Shown: positions 1 through 10,881, counted from the first letter of the stretch. The stretch is 64,000 nucleotides of DNA from an uncultured Aliarcobacter sp. (GCA_963664305.2 CAXXLV010000002.1:640001-704000), one strand, 5' to 3'. Numbers and translations are program-made. Notes: a model not told the origin generated them from the letters alone.

Positions 1-362
1 GCATATTTAACAGCAAGTAAAGTAAGTCTAGCTTCTTCATCTCCATTTATTATTTCAAAATTTATTCCTGTTTCATTTTTAAAAAATTCTAAAACTTCTT
101 GATTATTTTTAGCTTTTCTCATGGCAGCTGTTGTTACACAAACAGCATTTTTTGCTTCATATTTTAGAACTTCGCAAGAATGGTTAATTGCAGATATAAC
201 TCTTAACATAGCTTCTTTTGAAATAATTCCAGTATCAACTAAACCATCAGCCATTCCAACTACTTCATTGTATTCTGAAATAATTTCATGATTTTTACAA
301 TCATATTTTAGAACTCTAAAAGAATTAGAGCCTAAATCTACACTTACAATTTCATTATTCAT
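1..362 (-). CDS. Ppx/GppA family phosphatase, N-terminal part (runs off window)
   Basis: Manual translation from ATG at 362: MNNEIVSVDLGSNSFRVL...CVTTAAMRKAKN...IINGDEEARLT, containing the DLGSNS, TAAxR and GxEEA motifs. Confidence 0.9.
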   Translation of the reverse strand, partial: MNNEIVSVDLGSNSFRVLKYDCKNHEIISEYNEVVGMADGLVDTGIISKEAMLRVISAINHSCEVLKYEAKNAVCVTTAAMRKAKNNQEVLEFFKNETGINFEIINGDEEARLTLLAVKY

Positions 363-371
363 AAATATAAC

Positions 372-929
372 TTATAAATGAGGAATTCTAACTTTTGAAT
401 TTAATAGATAACCAATAATTATCATCATAAAAAGTACAAAAGTTTCTGAAATAAATCCTGTTAAGAAAATCAAATAAACAAGCCATAATAAAATAGCACC
501 AAGAGGAGTTGGTACACCTGTAAAATATTTTTCTACTTTACCTTCATCTGCATTGATATTAAATTGAATTAATCTTCTTAATCCTGAAATTACATAATAT
601 ACAAATGCAAAAATAATTAAAGGAACACTTAAAAAAGGTTCTTTTGTATCAATTACTGCAAAATAAATAAACATTGTAGGCACAATTACAAATGATAAAA
701 AATCTGCAAATGAATCTAATTGAATACCAAATTGAGTAGATAGATTATATTTTCTTGCAATTTTTCCATCAAATATATCAAATCCTCCAGCAAGCCAAGC
801 AAAAAGGGCTGCTGCAAAAAACTGATGATGCGTTAAAAAATATATTGCAAATAAACCTGATGCAATATTAAAAAAAGTAACAATATTTGCTAAATTAAAA
901 TGATTGTACTTATTAAACAAAAAACTCAT
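372..929 (-). CDS. CDP-alcohol phosphatidyltransferase (PssA-like)
   Basis: Signature DIFDGKIAR...FGIQLDSFAD and FTGVPTP; hydrophobic protein. Confidence 0.9.
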   Translation of the reverse strand: MSFLFNKYNHFNLANIVTFFNIASGLFAIYFLTHHQFFAAALFAWLAGGFDIFDGKIARKYNLSTQFGIQLDSFADFLSFVIVPTMFIYFAVIDTKEPFLSVPLIIFAFVYYVISGLRRLIQFNINADEGKVEKYFTGVPTPLGAILLWLVYLIFLTGFISETFVLFMMIIIGYLLNSKVRIPHL

Positions 930-2038
930 TCATTTCCTTTGTTATATATATGATATTGATTTCTTCCATTTTCTTTTGACTTATATAAACATTCGTCTGC
1001 GAATTTATATAATTTGTTTGCTGAAATGTATGAATTTGGTTCATATATTATAGCTCCCATTGAAATTGAAACAACGTCGAGTATTTTACTATTTTTATGC
1101 TCAATTTGTAATTCGACAATTCGTCTATTCATATCTTTTAGACAATTTTCTAAAGTATTTATATCTGTATCAAATAAAATTACACCAAATTCTTCACCAC
1201 CTAATCTAAAAACAAATTCATATTTTTTATTAAAATACTCTTTTAAACTAGTTGCTACTTTTTTAAGTGTAACATCACCCAAATCATGTCCATAAGTATC
1301 GTTGTACTGTTTAAAATAATCTATATCGACCATAATAAAAGCACACTTCCAATTATTTGCATTTGAAATGAATGGCATATTATCAAAAATTGTATCAAAA
1401 TATTTTCTATTATAAAGTTTTGTCATAGAATCAGTAATAGAATCAATTTTATATTTTTTATTTAAAACTGTTAATTGTCTATCTTTTTTTATAACTTGAT
1501 AAATAATATAAACAATAATTACAAAAGATAATAGAAGAATTAAAACAATATTATAAAAAAGATAGTTTTTCATCTGTTCATAATCATCTAAGAAAGCTTT
1601 TCTTTGTTTAAAAGCTTGTTGAGTTTCATATTTTATTAAAAAATCAATTCTTTTTAAAATATTTATAAAAAGATTGTATTTGTTTTCTTTAAATGATTGA
1701 AGGATTTCATTGTTGATTGTATCAACAACAATTTTTTCTTCTTCATTTTTATAAGCTTTAAAATAGTAATCCCACTCTTGAAGTATAATCTCTTGTTCTT
1801 TCTTAAATTCACAGTTGTATTTTATTTTTCTACAAGCAGCAATTTCTTGAAAATTGTCAGAAATAATTTGAAGTTTAATAATAGGAATTAAATTTCCAAA
1901 ATATATATTGTCTATTTGTTTTTTTAATTGATCAATTTGACTATAAAATATTAGTGCAGAAACTATTAATGTAGCCAATACGGTGCAAACAAGCATCAAT
2001 AATTTTAAAGTAGTTGATTTTAAAAAATTATATATCAT
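926..2038 (-). CDS. Membrane diguanylate cyclase (periplasmic helical sensor + GGDEF domain)
   Basis: Two TM segments; DIDYFKQYNDTYGH and RLGGEEF motifs. Confidence 0.92.
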   Translation of the reverse strand: MIYNFLKSTTLKLLMLVCTVLATLIVSALIFYSQIDQLKKQIDNIYFGNLIPIIKLQIISDNFQEIAACRKIKYNCEFKKEQEIILQEWDYYFKAYKNEEEKIVVDTINNEILQSFKENKYNLFINILKRIDFLIKYETQQAFKQRKAFLDDYEQMKNYLFYNIVLILLLSFVIIVYIIYQVIKKDRQLTVLNKKYKIDSITDSMTKLYNRKYFDTIFDNMPFISNANNWKCAFIMVDIDYFKQYNDTYGHDLGDVTLKKVATSLKEYFNKKYEFVFRLGGEEFGVILFDTDINTLENCLKDMNRRIVELQIEHKNSKILDVVSISMGAIIYEPNSYISANKLYKFADECLYKSKENGRNQYHIYNKGNE

Positions 2039-2136
2039 TAAATTATTTTATCGAAAGATTTATTTAAAAAAAGTAAAATTAGTTTATTTACAATTGCAAT
2101 TTTTTTTGTTAAAATGGAAATAAAAACGAGTTAATA

Positions 2137-2631
2137 ATGGAAGTAGCTAATAACTATCAAAATTTATCATCAATTTACCAAGAATTGTCTATAAAAAAGG
2201 GACAATTATCTAATATTGATAAAAAAGAGTTAGAAAAATCTACTTTTGAAAAAACTGATAAAGTTTTATTAGGTGCAGAAAAATACGATGAAAATGATTA
2301 TCAACGAGTTTTAAATAAGTTTAAAAACAAAGATAGTGAAATAAGAACTCATGAGCAAACTCATGCATCAGGAGCTGCTACAACAAGTGCAATAAATTAT
2401 AACTATCAAGTTGGTCCTGATGGGAAATTATATGCAATGGGTGGAAGTGTAAGATTTGACACTTCTATTCCAAATAATCCAGAAAGTGCAAAAGTTAAAC
2501 TTGATCAATTAAAAAGTGCTTCTAGCTCTGTTAGTTCACTAAGTGGAGCTGATTCAAGTATTGCACAAACTGCAAATTTGAATAAAATGTTATTACAAAG
2601 CTTAAAGGAGGGATATTCTTATGACAATTGA
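2137..2631 (+). CDS. SprA/SrpA-related protein (putative metalloprotease-like)
   Basis: DSEIRTHEQTH and YQVGPDGKLYAMGG motifs typical of the SprA-related family. Confidence 0.75.
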   Translation: MEVANNYQNLSSIYQELSIKKGQLSNIDKKELEKSTFEKTDKVLLGAEKYDENDYQRVLNKFKNKDSEIRTHEQTHASGAATTSAINYNYQVGPDGKLYAMGGSVRFDTSIPNNPESAKVKLDQLKSASSSVSSLSGADSSIAQTANLNKMLLQSLKEGYSYDN

Positions 2632-2860
2632 TAGTAATTTAAATGCAATGTTATCTTCACAATTACAATTAAGTGATATGGCATCAAAAATTGCTGATAT
2701 TTCTAATGTAATTGCTGATCCAGAATTTCAACAAGTAAGTGCTGATTTAATAGACTCTATTGTAGGACAAATTCCAGAAGTTATTTCATATTCAGCAAAT
2801 GCAAAAAGTATTGAAACACAAAATGCAACTTCAGATATGTTATTAAATATTAAGGCTTAA
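2621..2860 (+). CDS. Small protein resembling the flagellar basal-body rod/hook C-terminal domain
   Basis: C-terminus YSANAKSIETQNATSDMLLNIKA; SD AAGGAGG upstream; overlaps the previous gene. Confidence 0.65.
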   Translation: MTIDSNLNAMLSSQLQLSDMASKIADISNVIADPEFQQVSADLIDSIVGQIPEVISYSANAKSIETQNATSDMLLNIKA

Positions 2861-2861
2861 A

Positions 2862-3293
2862 ATGTCAAAAGTAAATATAGTTTGTCCACACTGTTTAAAA
2901 ATAAATGCTATTCCAGTTAAAGATAGTTATTCTAAAGCAAACTGTGGTAGTTGTAAAAAATCACTACTTGATACAACTCCAATAGAATTAGATGAAACAA
3001 ATTTTGACCATGTTATTGTAAACTCAGAAATTCCTGTAATTGTGGATTTTTGGGCACCTTGGTGTGGACCTTGTAAAATGTTTGCTCCAATTTTTAATCA
3101 AACTGCAAATAAATATCCATTGAAAGCATTATTTGTTAAAGTTAATACAGAAGTTGAGCAAAATTTATCAAGAAAATTTGGGATTATGTCTATTCCAACA
3201 CTTATTGTTTATAAAAATGGAATAGAAAAAAAGAGAGTTTCAGGTGCCTTAGACCCATTAAGACTTTCAAATTTAGTAAATGAGAGTTTATAA
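2862..3293 (+). CDS. trxC: Thioredoxin 2
   Basis: N-terminal zinc finger CPHC...CGSC plus WCGPC active site. Confidence 0.93.
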   Translation: MSKVNIVCPHCLKINAIPVKDSYSKANCGSCKKSLLDTTPIELDETNFDHVIVNSEIPVIVDFWAPWCGPCKMFAPIFNQTANKYPLKALFVKVNTEVEQNLSRKFGIMSIPTLIVYKNGIEKKRVSGALDPLRLSNLVNESL

Positions 3294-3297
3294 AAAA

Positions 3298-3792
3298 CTA
3301 TTTATTAGTTTTTATAAACTTCTCTAACTCTTTTAATTCATTTTCATTAAATACTGTTATTCCATTTTCTTCAAGTAATTTTGCTGTTAATCCTTGACCA
3401 TCAATTAAATTTGAAGAAAAAGTACCATCATATATCTGTTTATTCCCACAAGATGGTGATTTTGATTTTAAAAGTGCAACTTTTATATTTTCTTCTTTAC
3501 AAATATCTAAAGCTTTTTTTGCACCTAATAAAAAATTTATTGTTACATCCAGTCCTTCTTGATTTTTAACAATAAAAGGTTTGTCATTTTTAACTATTTC
3601 AGCTGGGATTCTAGGAATTGTTAAACCACCTGCAACTTCTGGACAAAATGAATAAATTTCATTATCACATAAAATATCCATAAAAAGTTCTTTTAGTGAA
3701 AATGAAAACTTTGGATTAAATGCTATAGATGAATTATTTCCATCATATCGTACATCTTCTCCCAATAAACAAGAAGATACTAATATTTTCAT
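3298..3792 (-). CDS. DUF523 / thiouracil desulfidase (TudS)-family Fe-S protein
   Basis: SSCLLG, CPEV and KSPSCG motifs. Confidence 0.85.
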   Translation of the reverse strand: MKILVSSCLLGEDVRYDGNNSSIAFNPKFSFSLKELFMDILCDNEIYSFCPEVAGGLTIPRIPAEIVKNDKPFIVKNQEGLDVTINFLLGAKKALDICKEENIKVALLKSKSPSCGNKQIYDGTFSSNLIDGQGLTAKLLEENGITVFNENELKELEKFIKTNK

Positions 3793-4577
3793 ATAATATT
3801 ATCTTCTTCCGTTACTTCATCAGTTAATTCTTTTATATCTTTATAAAAGAATGTTGATAGTTGGATATTACTAAATGCAGCTTTCATTGAAATAAAAATT
3901 TTTGGATTTTCTTCTTCTAGTTTTGCTAATAACTCTTTTGTTGCTGCTCTAGCATGAGGCATTTTTACATCAAATCTTAATCCAGGACAAGCTTCATCAC
4001 CAATTACATTGATTTCATTTGCATTTGCAAAAGCTCGTAATTGTCTCTCTCTACAAAAAATCAAAGGTCTAATAACTTCTAAACCATTTTCTGCTTTGTA
4101 AATTGGAGGCATAGAACGCATAGTTCCATTATAGAAGAAATTCATAAAAAATGATTCCATTGCATCATCTAAATGATGTCCAAGAGCTACTTTGTTATAT
4201 CCTTGTTCTTGCGCTGTTGAATATAAGTACCCTCTTCTCATTCTTGAGAAAAATGAACAAAAAGATGAATTTTTTCTAATTTTTTCACCAGCTAATTCAA
4301 AAATTTGTGTATCAATTATTTCATGTTCAATTCCATGTTCTTTACAGTGATTACTTAAAAATTCAACTTGTTCACCCATACCATAAGTTACAGTTACAGC
4401 TTTAAATTCAAAATTATATGGGGCTACTTTTTTTATTCTATTTAATGTATGGATTAAAGTTAGTGAATCTTTTCCACCTGAAAATCCAACTAATATTCTA
4501 TCACCCTCTTTAATTAATCCATATTCAGCATTAGTTTTACCTACAATTGTAGAAATTTTTTTACTTAATTCAACCAA
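3789..4577 (-). CDS. ttcA: tRNA 2-thiocytidine biosynthesis TtcA-family protein
   Basis: PP-loop SGGKDS, RMRRG, LGHHLDD, IRPL; TTG start. Confidence 0.85.
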   Translation of the reverse strand: MVELSKKISTIVGKTNAEYGLIKEGDRILVGFSGGKDSLTLIHTLNRIKKVAPYNFEFKAVTVTYGMGEQVEFLSNHCKEHGIEHEIIDTQIFELAGEKIRKNSSFCSFFSRMRRGYLYSTAQEQGYNKVALGHHLDDAMESFFMNFFYNGTMRSMPPIYKAENGLEVIRPLIFCRERQLRAFANANEINVIGDEACPGLRFDVKMPHARAATKELLAKLEEENPKIFISMKAAFSNIQLSTFFYKDIKELTDEVTEEDNII

Positions 4578-4757
4578 TATATTATTCCTATAATTTTTTT
4601 GTGATTATATCAAAAAAGTTTTAATACTATTTTACATCTGATTTTTACAACATTTTTTAGCCTAAAAAAATAATTTAATTTCCTTAAAATGGTTAAATTT
4701 TACTCAAGTTTTAGATAAAAAATATATAATTTCATAAATATTATACAAAGATACAAA

Positions 4758-4958
4758 ATGACATTAGAAGAAGAAACACTTTTCAAAGAAAAAATTAAAG
4801 AAACAATCTTACCATTAGCTATGAATATGACTGAAGAACAAATACGAAATATTATTTTATCAGTTGAAAAAGCAAATAGTGAATTGCCAGAAGGTTTTGG
4901 AGCTATGTTATTTGAACAAATTATGGTACATAAATACAATCAATTAAAAAAGTTATAA
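4758..4958 (+). CDS. Small hypothetical protein
   Basis: 66-aa ORF with host-like codon usage, 7 nt upstream of moeA. Confidence 0.7.
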   Translation: MTLEEETLFKEKIKETILPLAMNMTEEQIRNIILSVEKANSELPEGFGAMLFEQIMVHKYNQLKKL

Positions 4959-4965
4959 ATTTAAT

Positions 4966-6186
4966 ATGCGAAATTTTATTAGTTACAAAAAATCTATTGA
5001 AATATTAAATAATATTCAATTAACAAAACCATCTACACAAAAGTTATTCATTACTCAATCTTTAGGAAAAGTTTTAGTAAAAGACATAATAGCATCTCAT
5101 AATAGTCCAGAATTTCCAACTTCTGCTATGGATGGTTATGCAATAAGATATGAAGATTTAAAAAGTGAATTTTTAGAAATAATTGCAAAAAATCCAGCTG
5201 GAAGTGTAACTGAATCTGAAGTTAGTTTAAATAAATGTATAAAAACTTTTACAGGTTCACTTATGCCAAAAGGGAGTGATACTTTAATTCCAATAGAAAA
5301 TGTTGAAGTTATAGATAATTTAATAAAAATAAAAAAAGAAGTTCCTTTTGGATTTGCAGTAAGAGAAATTGGAGAAAACTATAAAAAAGATGAAATCCTT
5401 ATAAAAAAAGGAACTATTATTGGATTTGCAGAAATTGGAGTTTTAGCTTCATTAAATATTTCAATGGTTGATGTAATAGTTAATCCAACTATTGCAATTG
5501 CAAGTACTGGAAGTGAAGTTTTAGATTTAGGTGAAATTCAAACTAATGATGCACAAATAAGAAGTTCTAATCACTTAACATTAGAAGCTTTATTTAAAAG
5601 TAATGGAGCTGAAACTTTACAACTAGGTGTTGTAAAAGATGATATTGATTCTATTACAAATTTATTTGAAACTGCTTTACAAAAAGCTGATATTGTTGTT
5701 ACAACTGGTGGTGTAAGTGTTGGAGATTATGACTTTGTACAAGATGTAATCAAAGACAAATTAAAAGCTGAAGTTTTATTTCATGGTGTATCAATAAAAC
5801 CAGGTATGCATATATTAGTTGCAATTAAAGATAAAAAAATTATTGTTGCACTTCCTGGATTTGCTTATTCATCAACAGTTTGTGCGATACTTTATGTTTT
5901 ACCATTGATTTATAAATTTAGAAATTCTAATGAAACTTTACCTATTATAAAAGCAAAAATAACTCAAGATTTCCCTAAAAAAACAGATAAAACAGTATTT
6001 ACTGCTTGTAATGTAAAATATTTTGATTCAGAATTTATTATTGATTTTGAAGGTAAAAAAGAAGGAACAAGTGCAATTTTAACAAACATGCTTGGAAGCC
6101 CTGCTCTTTTAATTCAAGATGAAACTAGTAGCAATTTAAAAGCTGGAGATTTAGTAGATATATTATTATTAAATCAATTAAAATAA
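4966..6186 (+). CDS. moeA: Molybdopterin molybdenumtransferase
   Basis: SAMDGYA, STGSE, TTGGVSVGDYD, IKPG and LPG motifs. Confidence 0.95.
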   Translation: MRNFISYKKSIEILNNIQLTKPSTQKLFITQSLGKVLVKDIIASHNSPEFPTSAMDGYAIRYEDLKSEFLEIIAKNPAGSVTESEVSLNKCIKTFTGSLMPKGSDTLIPIENVEVIDNLIKIKKEVPFGFAVREIGENYKKDEILIKKGTIIGFAEIGVLASLNISMVDVIVNPTIAIASTGSEVLDLGEIQTNDAQIRSSNHLTLEALFKSNGAETLQLGVVKDDIDSITNLFETALQKADIVVTTGGVSVGDYDFVQDVIKDKLKAEVLFHGVSIKPGMHILVAIKDKKIIVALPGFAYSSTVCAILYVLPLIYKFRNSNETLPIIKAKITQDFPKKTDKTVFTACNVKYFDSEFIIDFEGKKEGTSAILTNMLGSPALLIQDETSSNLKAGDLVDILLLNQLK

Positions 6187-7079
6187 TGAATAAAAATTTA
6201 TTTCATATTTTAATGGTTTTTGCCATGGTGTTTTGGGGTGCATCGTGGATTAGTACAAAAGTTCTTACAACTTATGTAAATGAATATGAATTAGTGTTTC
6301 TTCGAATGGGTATTTGTTTTATAACAATGCTTCCTTTAATCTATTTCTTTAAACTATCATTTAAATTTGATTTAAAATCTTTATTATTAATCTTAGTTGC
6401 TTCAGTTATTTTAACTCTTTATAGCATAGTTATGTTTTTAGGTGTTGAACATGGAACGGGAAGTTTTGGTGGAGCTTTAGTTACAACATTAATTCCTATA
6501 AATACATTTATAATAATTGCACTTTTAAATAAAAAAACTATTAGTTTAAAACACTCTTTTGCTTTAATTCTTGGTGCATTTGGTGTTTTAAATATGCTTA
6601 ATATTTGGAATTTTGATTTAAATGAAATATTCTCAAAAGATAATATCTACTTTTTATTAGCTTCTTTATTATGGCCAGTTTTAACTATTGTTACAGCAAA
6701 AGCTACAAAAATAAATGCTTTTGTTTTTACTTTTTACACTTATATTATTTCAAGTTCAGTGCTTTATTTATTTTTTGTTGATAATACTATTTTTACAAAA
6801 ATTATGAATTTTGATTTTATCTTTTGGTTTAATATATTTGTAATTACTATTTTAAGTACAACATTTGCAACATCTATTTATTTTATTGGAGCAAGTAAAT
6901 TAGGGGCAAAAGAAGTATCTTCTTATATCTTTTTAGTTCCAGCTTCAGCTTTGATTATTGGAGCAATATTTTTAGGTGAGAAGATAACTTTTAATATAAT
7001 AATAGGAACAGTTTTTACAATAATTGCTATTTATATTTTAAATAATCTAAATTTTCTTAGATTATTTAAAAAAGATTAA
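6186..7079 (+). CDS. DMT/EamA family transporter
   Basis: About 10 TM helices; FWGxSW and FLGEK motifs; two-repeat layout. Confidence 0.88.
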   Translation: MNKNLFHILMVFAMVFWGASWISTKVLTTYVNEYELVFLRMGICFITMLPLIYFFKLSFKFDLKSLLLILVASVILTLYSIVMFLGVEHGTGSFGGALVTTLIPINTFIIIALLNKKTISLKHSFALILGAFGVLNMLNIWNFDLNEIFSKDNIYFLLASLLWPVLTIVTAKATKINAFVFTFYTYIISSSVLYLFFVDNTIFTKIMNFDFIFWFNIFVITILSTTFATSIYFIGASKLGAKEVSSYIFLVPASALIIGAIFLGEKITFNIIIGTVFTIIAIYILNNLNFLRLFKKD

Positions 7080-8143
7080 TGACAAGAACCTGAATTACAA
7101 CAAGAACTCTCTTTTTTTCTTTCAAGCCAAGGTTTAACCAAATAATAAGTCATTAAAGCAAGCATTATAAAACTTGAAATTTGAGATAACAAAGATGTTT
7201 GTTCACTTTCTAAACTAAAATTTATAATTTTTAAATCTGAAAAATATAAATCAAAAAGATATCCAAATAATAAAGATAAAACAGCAATCATACTTAAATA
7301 TATGATTAATGAAGTTTTTCCTAAAGTTTTATATACAATACTCATCGTTATTAAACTTGTTGCTGGACCAGCACTTAAAAGTATAAATGCAGCTCCTGGA
7401 CTCATACCTTCTATAATTAAAGCAGCAGCAATTGGAAGAGAAGCTGTTGCACAAATATATAAAGGCATAGAAAATAAAATTATTACAAAATATGTAAGTA
7501 TTTGATTTTCAAAAAGTAAACTTGTGTACTCTTTTGGAGCTAAAGTTGTAAATAATGTACCAAAAATAAGTCCAATAAAAAGTGGTTTTACCATATCTTT
7601 AAATAGAGTCACATATGCATAAGAGAAAACTTCTTTAATTGAAAAAGTTTTTTTAACTGGCTGTTGAGAACTACAAGAACAGTGACAAGAACAAGATGAA
7701 GTCTCTTCTTTTTTTATCTCTTTTTCTTCATCTTTGTCAAAAATATTTTGAATAATTCCTACAACAATTGCAATTATCATAGATGAAATAACTCTATAAA
7801 CTGTAAAAATAAGACCAAAAAAAGAGTAAGTTGCCAAAATAGAATCCACACCAGTTATTGGACTTGAAATCAAAAAACTTTGAACGGCACCTTTACTAGC
7901 ACCCTCTTTTCTAAGACTTTGTGCTAAAGGAATAACTGAACAAGAACAAACTGGAAGTGGTATTCCAAAAATTGTAGCTTTTATAACTGAACTTATATTT
8001 CCACTTCCTAGATGTTTTATTATAAAATCATCAGGAACTATTTGTTTTAAAAATCCTGCAATTAATAATCCAATAAGTATATAAATAGCCATTGCGTCAA
8101 GTAAAGCTAAAAAATTATTAGCTAAAGTTATTGCTAATTCCAT
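7076..8143 (-). CDS. Predicted metal permease (ArsP/DUF318, SO_0444-like)
   Basis: PLPVCSCSVIP and MPLYICATAS motifs; Cys/His-rich linker and tail. Confidence 0.85.
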   Translation of the reverse strand: MELAITLANNFLALLDAMAIYILIGLLIAGFLKQIVPDDFIIKHLGSGNISSVIKATIFGIPLPVCSCSVIPLAQSLRKEGASKGAVQSFLISSPITGVDSILATYSFFGLIFTVYRVISSMIIAIVVGIIQNIFDKDEEKEIKKEETSSCSCHCSCSSQQPVKKTFSIKEVFSYAYVTLFKDMVKPLFIGLIFGTLFTTLAPKEYTSLLFENQILTYFVIILFSMPLYICATASLPIAAALIIEGMSPGAAFILLSAGPATSLITMSIVYKTLGKTSLIIYLSMIAVLSLLFGYLFDLYFSDLKIINFSLESEQTSLLSQISSFIMLALMTYYLVKPWLERKKESSCCNSGSCH

Positions 8144-8146
8144 ATT

Positions 8147-9604
8147 TTATTCCTCTTGAGAATTTATCAATTTATTTGAAATTTGTTTTTTAGGTTTTAC
8201 ACCTAAATCTATAAACTCTTCTGCCCTTTTTATTAAGTTTGCATTTCCTAAAGTAAGTTTATTCATAGCACTATCGTAAGCTTTTTGAGTTCTATTTATA
8301 TTTACTCCAATATCTTCAATATCAGCTACAAATGAAGCAAATTTATCATATAAGTCTGCTGCTTTTTTAGAAATCAATAAAGCATTTTCATTTTGATGTT
8401 CATTTCTCCAAATATTTTCTATTGTTCTTAAAGTAACGTATAAAGTTGAAGGAGAAACTAACATAATATTATTTTCAAAAGCTAATTTAAATAGATTATC
8501 ATCAGTTGAAGTTGCAAGAATAAAAGCACCTTCAACTGGAATAAACATCAATACAAAATCTAAAGTTCTAACACCATCTAATTCTTCATATTTTTTAGAG
8601 CTAAGTGCTTTAATATGAGATGTGATTGATTTTACTAACTCTTTTGAAGCTGTTGCTTTATGTTCTTCATTTTCAGTTTTACAATAATTTATATAAGCAT
8701 TTAAAGAAACTTTTGAATCAATAACAATATCTTTTTTTGAAGGTAAATGAACAATAACATCAGGTCTTAATCTTTTTCCATCATTGTCGTTGAATGAGCC
8801 TTGAATTGTATATTCATTTCCTTCTCTAAGTCCAGTTTGGTCTAAAATAGATGATAAAATCATCTCTCCCCAATCACCTTGAGTCTTATTTTGTCCTTTT
8901 AAAGCTTTTGTTAAATTAACTGCATCAGTTGAAATTTGATTATTTAAATCTTTTAGATTTTTTATCTCTGTTAAAAGTGAAATTCTTTGTTTTGTCTCTT
9001 CATTATGAATTTCATTTACTCTTTTTCCAAAAGAGTCTAATTGGTCTTTAAATGAAGTTAAAACTTGTGTTAAATTTAGGTTTGACTTTTTCTGATTTTC
9101 ATCAAATAGTTTATTTGCAAGATTTTCAAACTCTATTTTTAATTGTTTTTTTGATTCTTCTAAAAGAGTTATTTTTTCATTAAAATTTTCCTCTTTTATT
9201 TCGAATTCTCTAAGAAGTTGTTTCTCTTTTGCTTCAGCCATTTTAGCAAGACTTGAAAGTTTAAATTCATAAGTTTCAACTGTATTTGAATTCATTTGAG
9301 AAGCATGTTTTTCTAATATCTTTAATTTATCTTCAAAACTCTCTTTTATAAGTTTTTTTTCTTCTTCAAGTCTTCTATTTGCATTGTTTAGATTAGTTAT
9401 TTGATTTTCATAAGAGCTATGATTTAATTCTATCTTTTCATTTAAAGCTTTTAATTTAAGTAGTGCTTCGTCTTGTAAAGCTTTTAGTTGATTTTCATAT
9501 TTTTGTCTAGAAAATTGCAATATTATCAATATTCCAGATAATATCGCAATAGAAGTAACTATTAAAGTTAAATAGTTTACTTCAATAATTCCTTGAGTTA
9601 ACAT
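8147..9604 (-). CDS. rmuC: DNA recombination protein RmuC
   Basis: N-terminal TM, coiled coil, QGDWGE, RPDVIVHLP, IDSKVSL, MFIPVE. Confidence 0.93.
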   Translation of the reverse strand: MLTQGIIEVNYLTLIVTSIAILSGILIILQFSRQKYENQLKALQDEALLKLKALNEKIELNHSSYENQITNLNNANRRLEEEKKLIKESFEDKLKILEKHASQMNSNTVETYEFKLSSLAKMAEAKEKQLLREFEIKEENFNEKITLLEESKKQLKIEFENLANKLFDENQKKSNLNLTQVLTSFKDQLDSFGKRVNEIHNEETKQRISLLTEIKNLKDLNNQISTDAVNLTKALKGQNKTQGDWGEMILSSILDQTGLREGNEYTIQGSFNDNDGKRLRPDVIVHLPSKKDIVIDSKVSLNAYINYCKTENEEHKATASKELVKSITSHIKALSSKKYEELDGVRTLDFVLMFIPVEGAFILATSTDDNLFKLAFENNIMLVSPSTLYVTLRTIENIWRNEHQNENALLISKKAADLYDKFASFVADIEDIGVNINRTQKAYDSAMNKLTLGNANLIKRAEEFIDLGVKPKKQISNKLINSQEE

Positions 9605-10831
9605 CTATTTATTCTCACTAAATTTTAAACTTTTAACATCGTACCCCAACTCTTTAAATCTTTCAACTAAAGGTGGATGAGAATAATAAAAGAAAATATA
9701 CAATGGATGTGATAAAGGAAATGATTTATTTTCATTTGCAAGTTTTAATAAAGCATTAACTAAATCTTCTTTAGATTGTAAATTTGAACCAAAACTATCT
9801 GCTGCATATTCATTGTGTCTTGAAATAAAAGATATTAAAGGCATCAAGAAAAATGACAATATTGGAGAAAAAATCAAAAATACAACTATAATAGCATATG
9901 GTTCATTTTGTAAATTTAATCCTAAAAATAGTTCATCTGGCAAATTCCCAAAAATTGTAAAAAACACAAACATCACAACACCCATAATTGCAATATTTTT
10001 TATAATATCTCCATTTTTAAAGTGTCCTAATTCATGTCCTAAAACAGCTAAAAGTTCATTATGTGATAATTTTTCAACTAAAGTATCAAATAAAACTACC
10101 CTTTTAGTACTTCCAAGTCCTCCAAAATAAGCATTTAATCTATTATCTCTTTTACTTGCATCTACAGAAAAAACTCCACTACTTTTAAACCCTACTTCAT
10201 CTAAAAGATTTTCTATTTTTTCTTCTAATTCTTTATCTTTTAATTTTTCAAATTTATCAAACATCTTATCTCTAATTACTGGATAAAGCATATTTATCAA
10301 AATAATTACGGCAAAAATAAAAGCAAATCCCCAAATCCACCAAGAAGAAAAACTATTTATAATAAATGAAATTCCTGCAATTACAAGTGAACCAAAAACT
10401 AAAAATAAGATTCCAGTTTTTATTGTATCTTTTATAAATAAAGCTGGTGTCATATTTGAAAAACCATATTTTTTATTTAATTTAAAAGTCGAATAAAGTT
10501 CAAATGGTAAAGTTAAAAACCAATTTATAACAATAAATAAATCTACAAAAATCACTGCTTTTAACCAGTATGAATCAACTTGAATTAAAGAATCTAAATA
10601 AGATAATCCAAAACCAATCCATAAAATAAATAATACAAAATCATAAAAAGTTGAAACAATAGCAAGTTTTTCTTTTTCTATTGAATAGTTTGCGGCCTCT
10701 TCATATTTTGCTGAATCTAATATAATAGCTTGTAGTGTTTTTGCATTTTTAACAAATCCAATTTGCATAAAAGAAGTATAAATATTAAATGCAAAATAGA
10801 TACAAAAACCTATAACAAATATTTCTAACAC
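9605..10831 (-). CDS. M48 family (Ste24-like) membrane zinc metalloprotease
   Basis: NAYFGG, HELGH, EYAAD and YSHPPL motifs. Confidence 0.93.
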   Translation of the reverse strand: MLEIFVIGFCIYFAFNIYTSFMQIGFVKNAKTLQAIILDSAKYEEAANYSIEKEKLAIVSTFYDFVLFILWIGFGLSYLDSLIQVDSYWLKAVIFVDLFIVINWFLTLPFELYSTFKLNKKYGFSNMTPALFIKDTIKTGILFLVFGSLVIAGISFIINSFSSWWIWGFAFIFAVIILINMLYPVIRDKMFDKFEKLKDKELEEKIENLLDEVGFKSSGVFSVDASKRDNRLNAYFGGLGSTKRVVLFDTLVEKLSHNELLAVLGHELGHFKNGDIIKNIAIMGVVMFVFFTIFGNLPDELFLGLNLQNEPYAIIVVFLIFSPILSFFLMPLISFISRHNEYAADSFGSNLQSKEDLVNALLKLANENKSFPLSHPLYIFFYYSHPPLVERFKELGYDVKSLKFSENK

Positions 10832-10881
10832 TAAAAATCCTTTTTTAATACTTTTATTTTAATGATACAATTTTAATGCTT

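Noticed and set aside
2041..2075. Sigma28-like CGATAA upstream of the diguanylate cyclase
   Set aside because: It overlaps an equally good sigma70 TAAAAT and has no convincing -35; not distinguishable from chance
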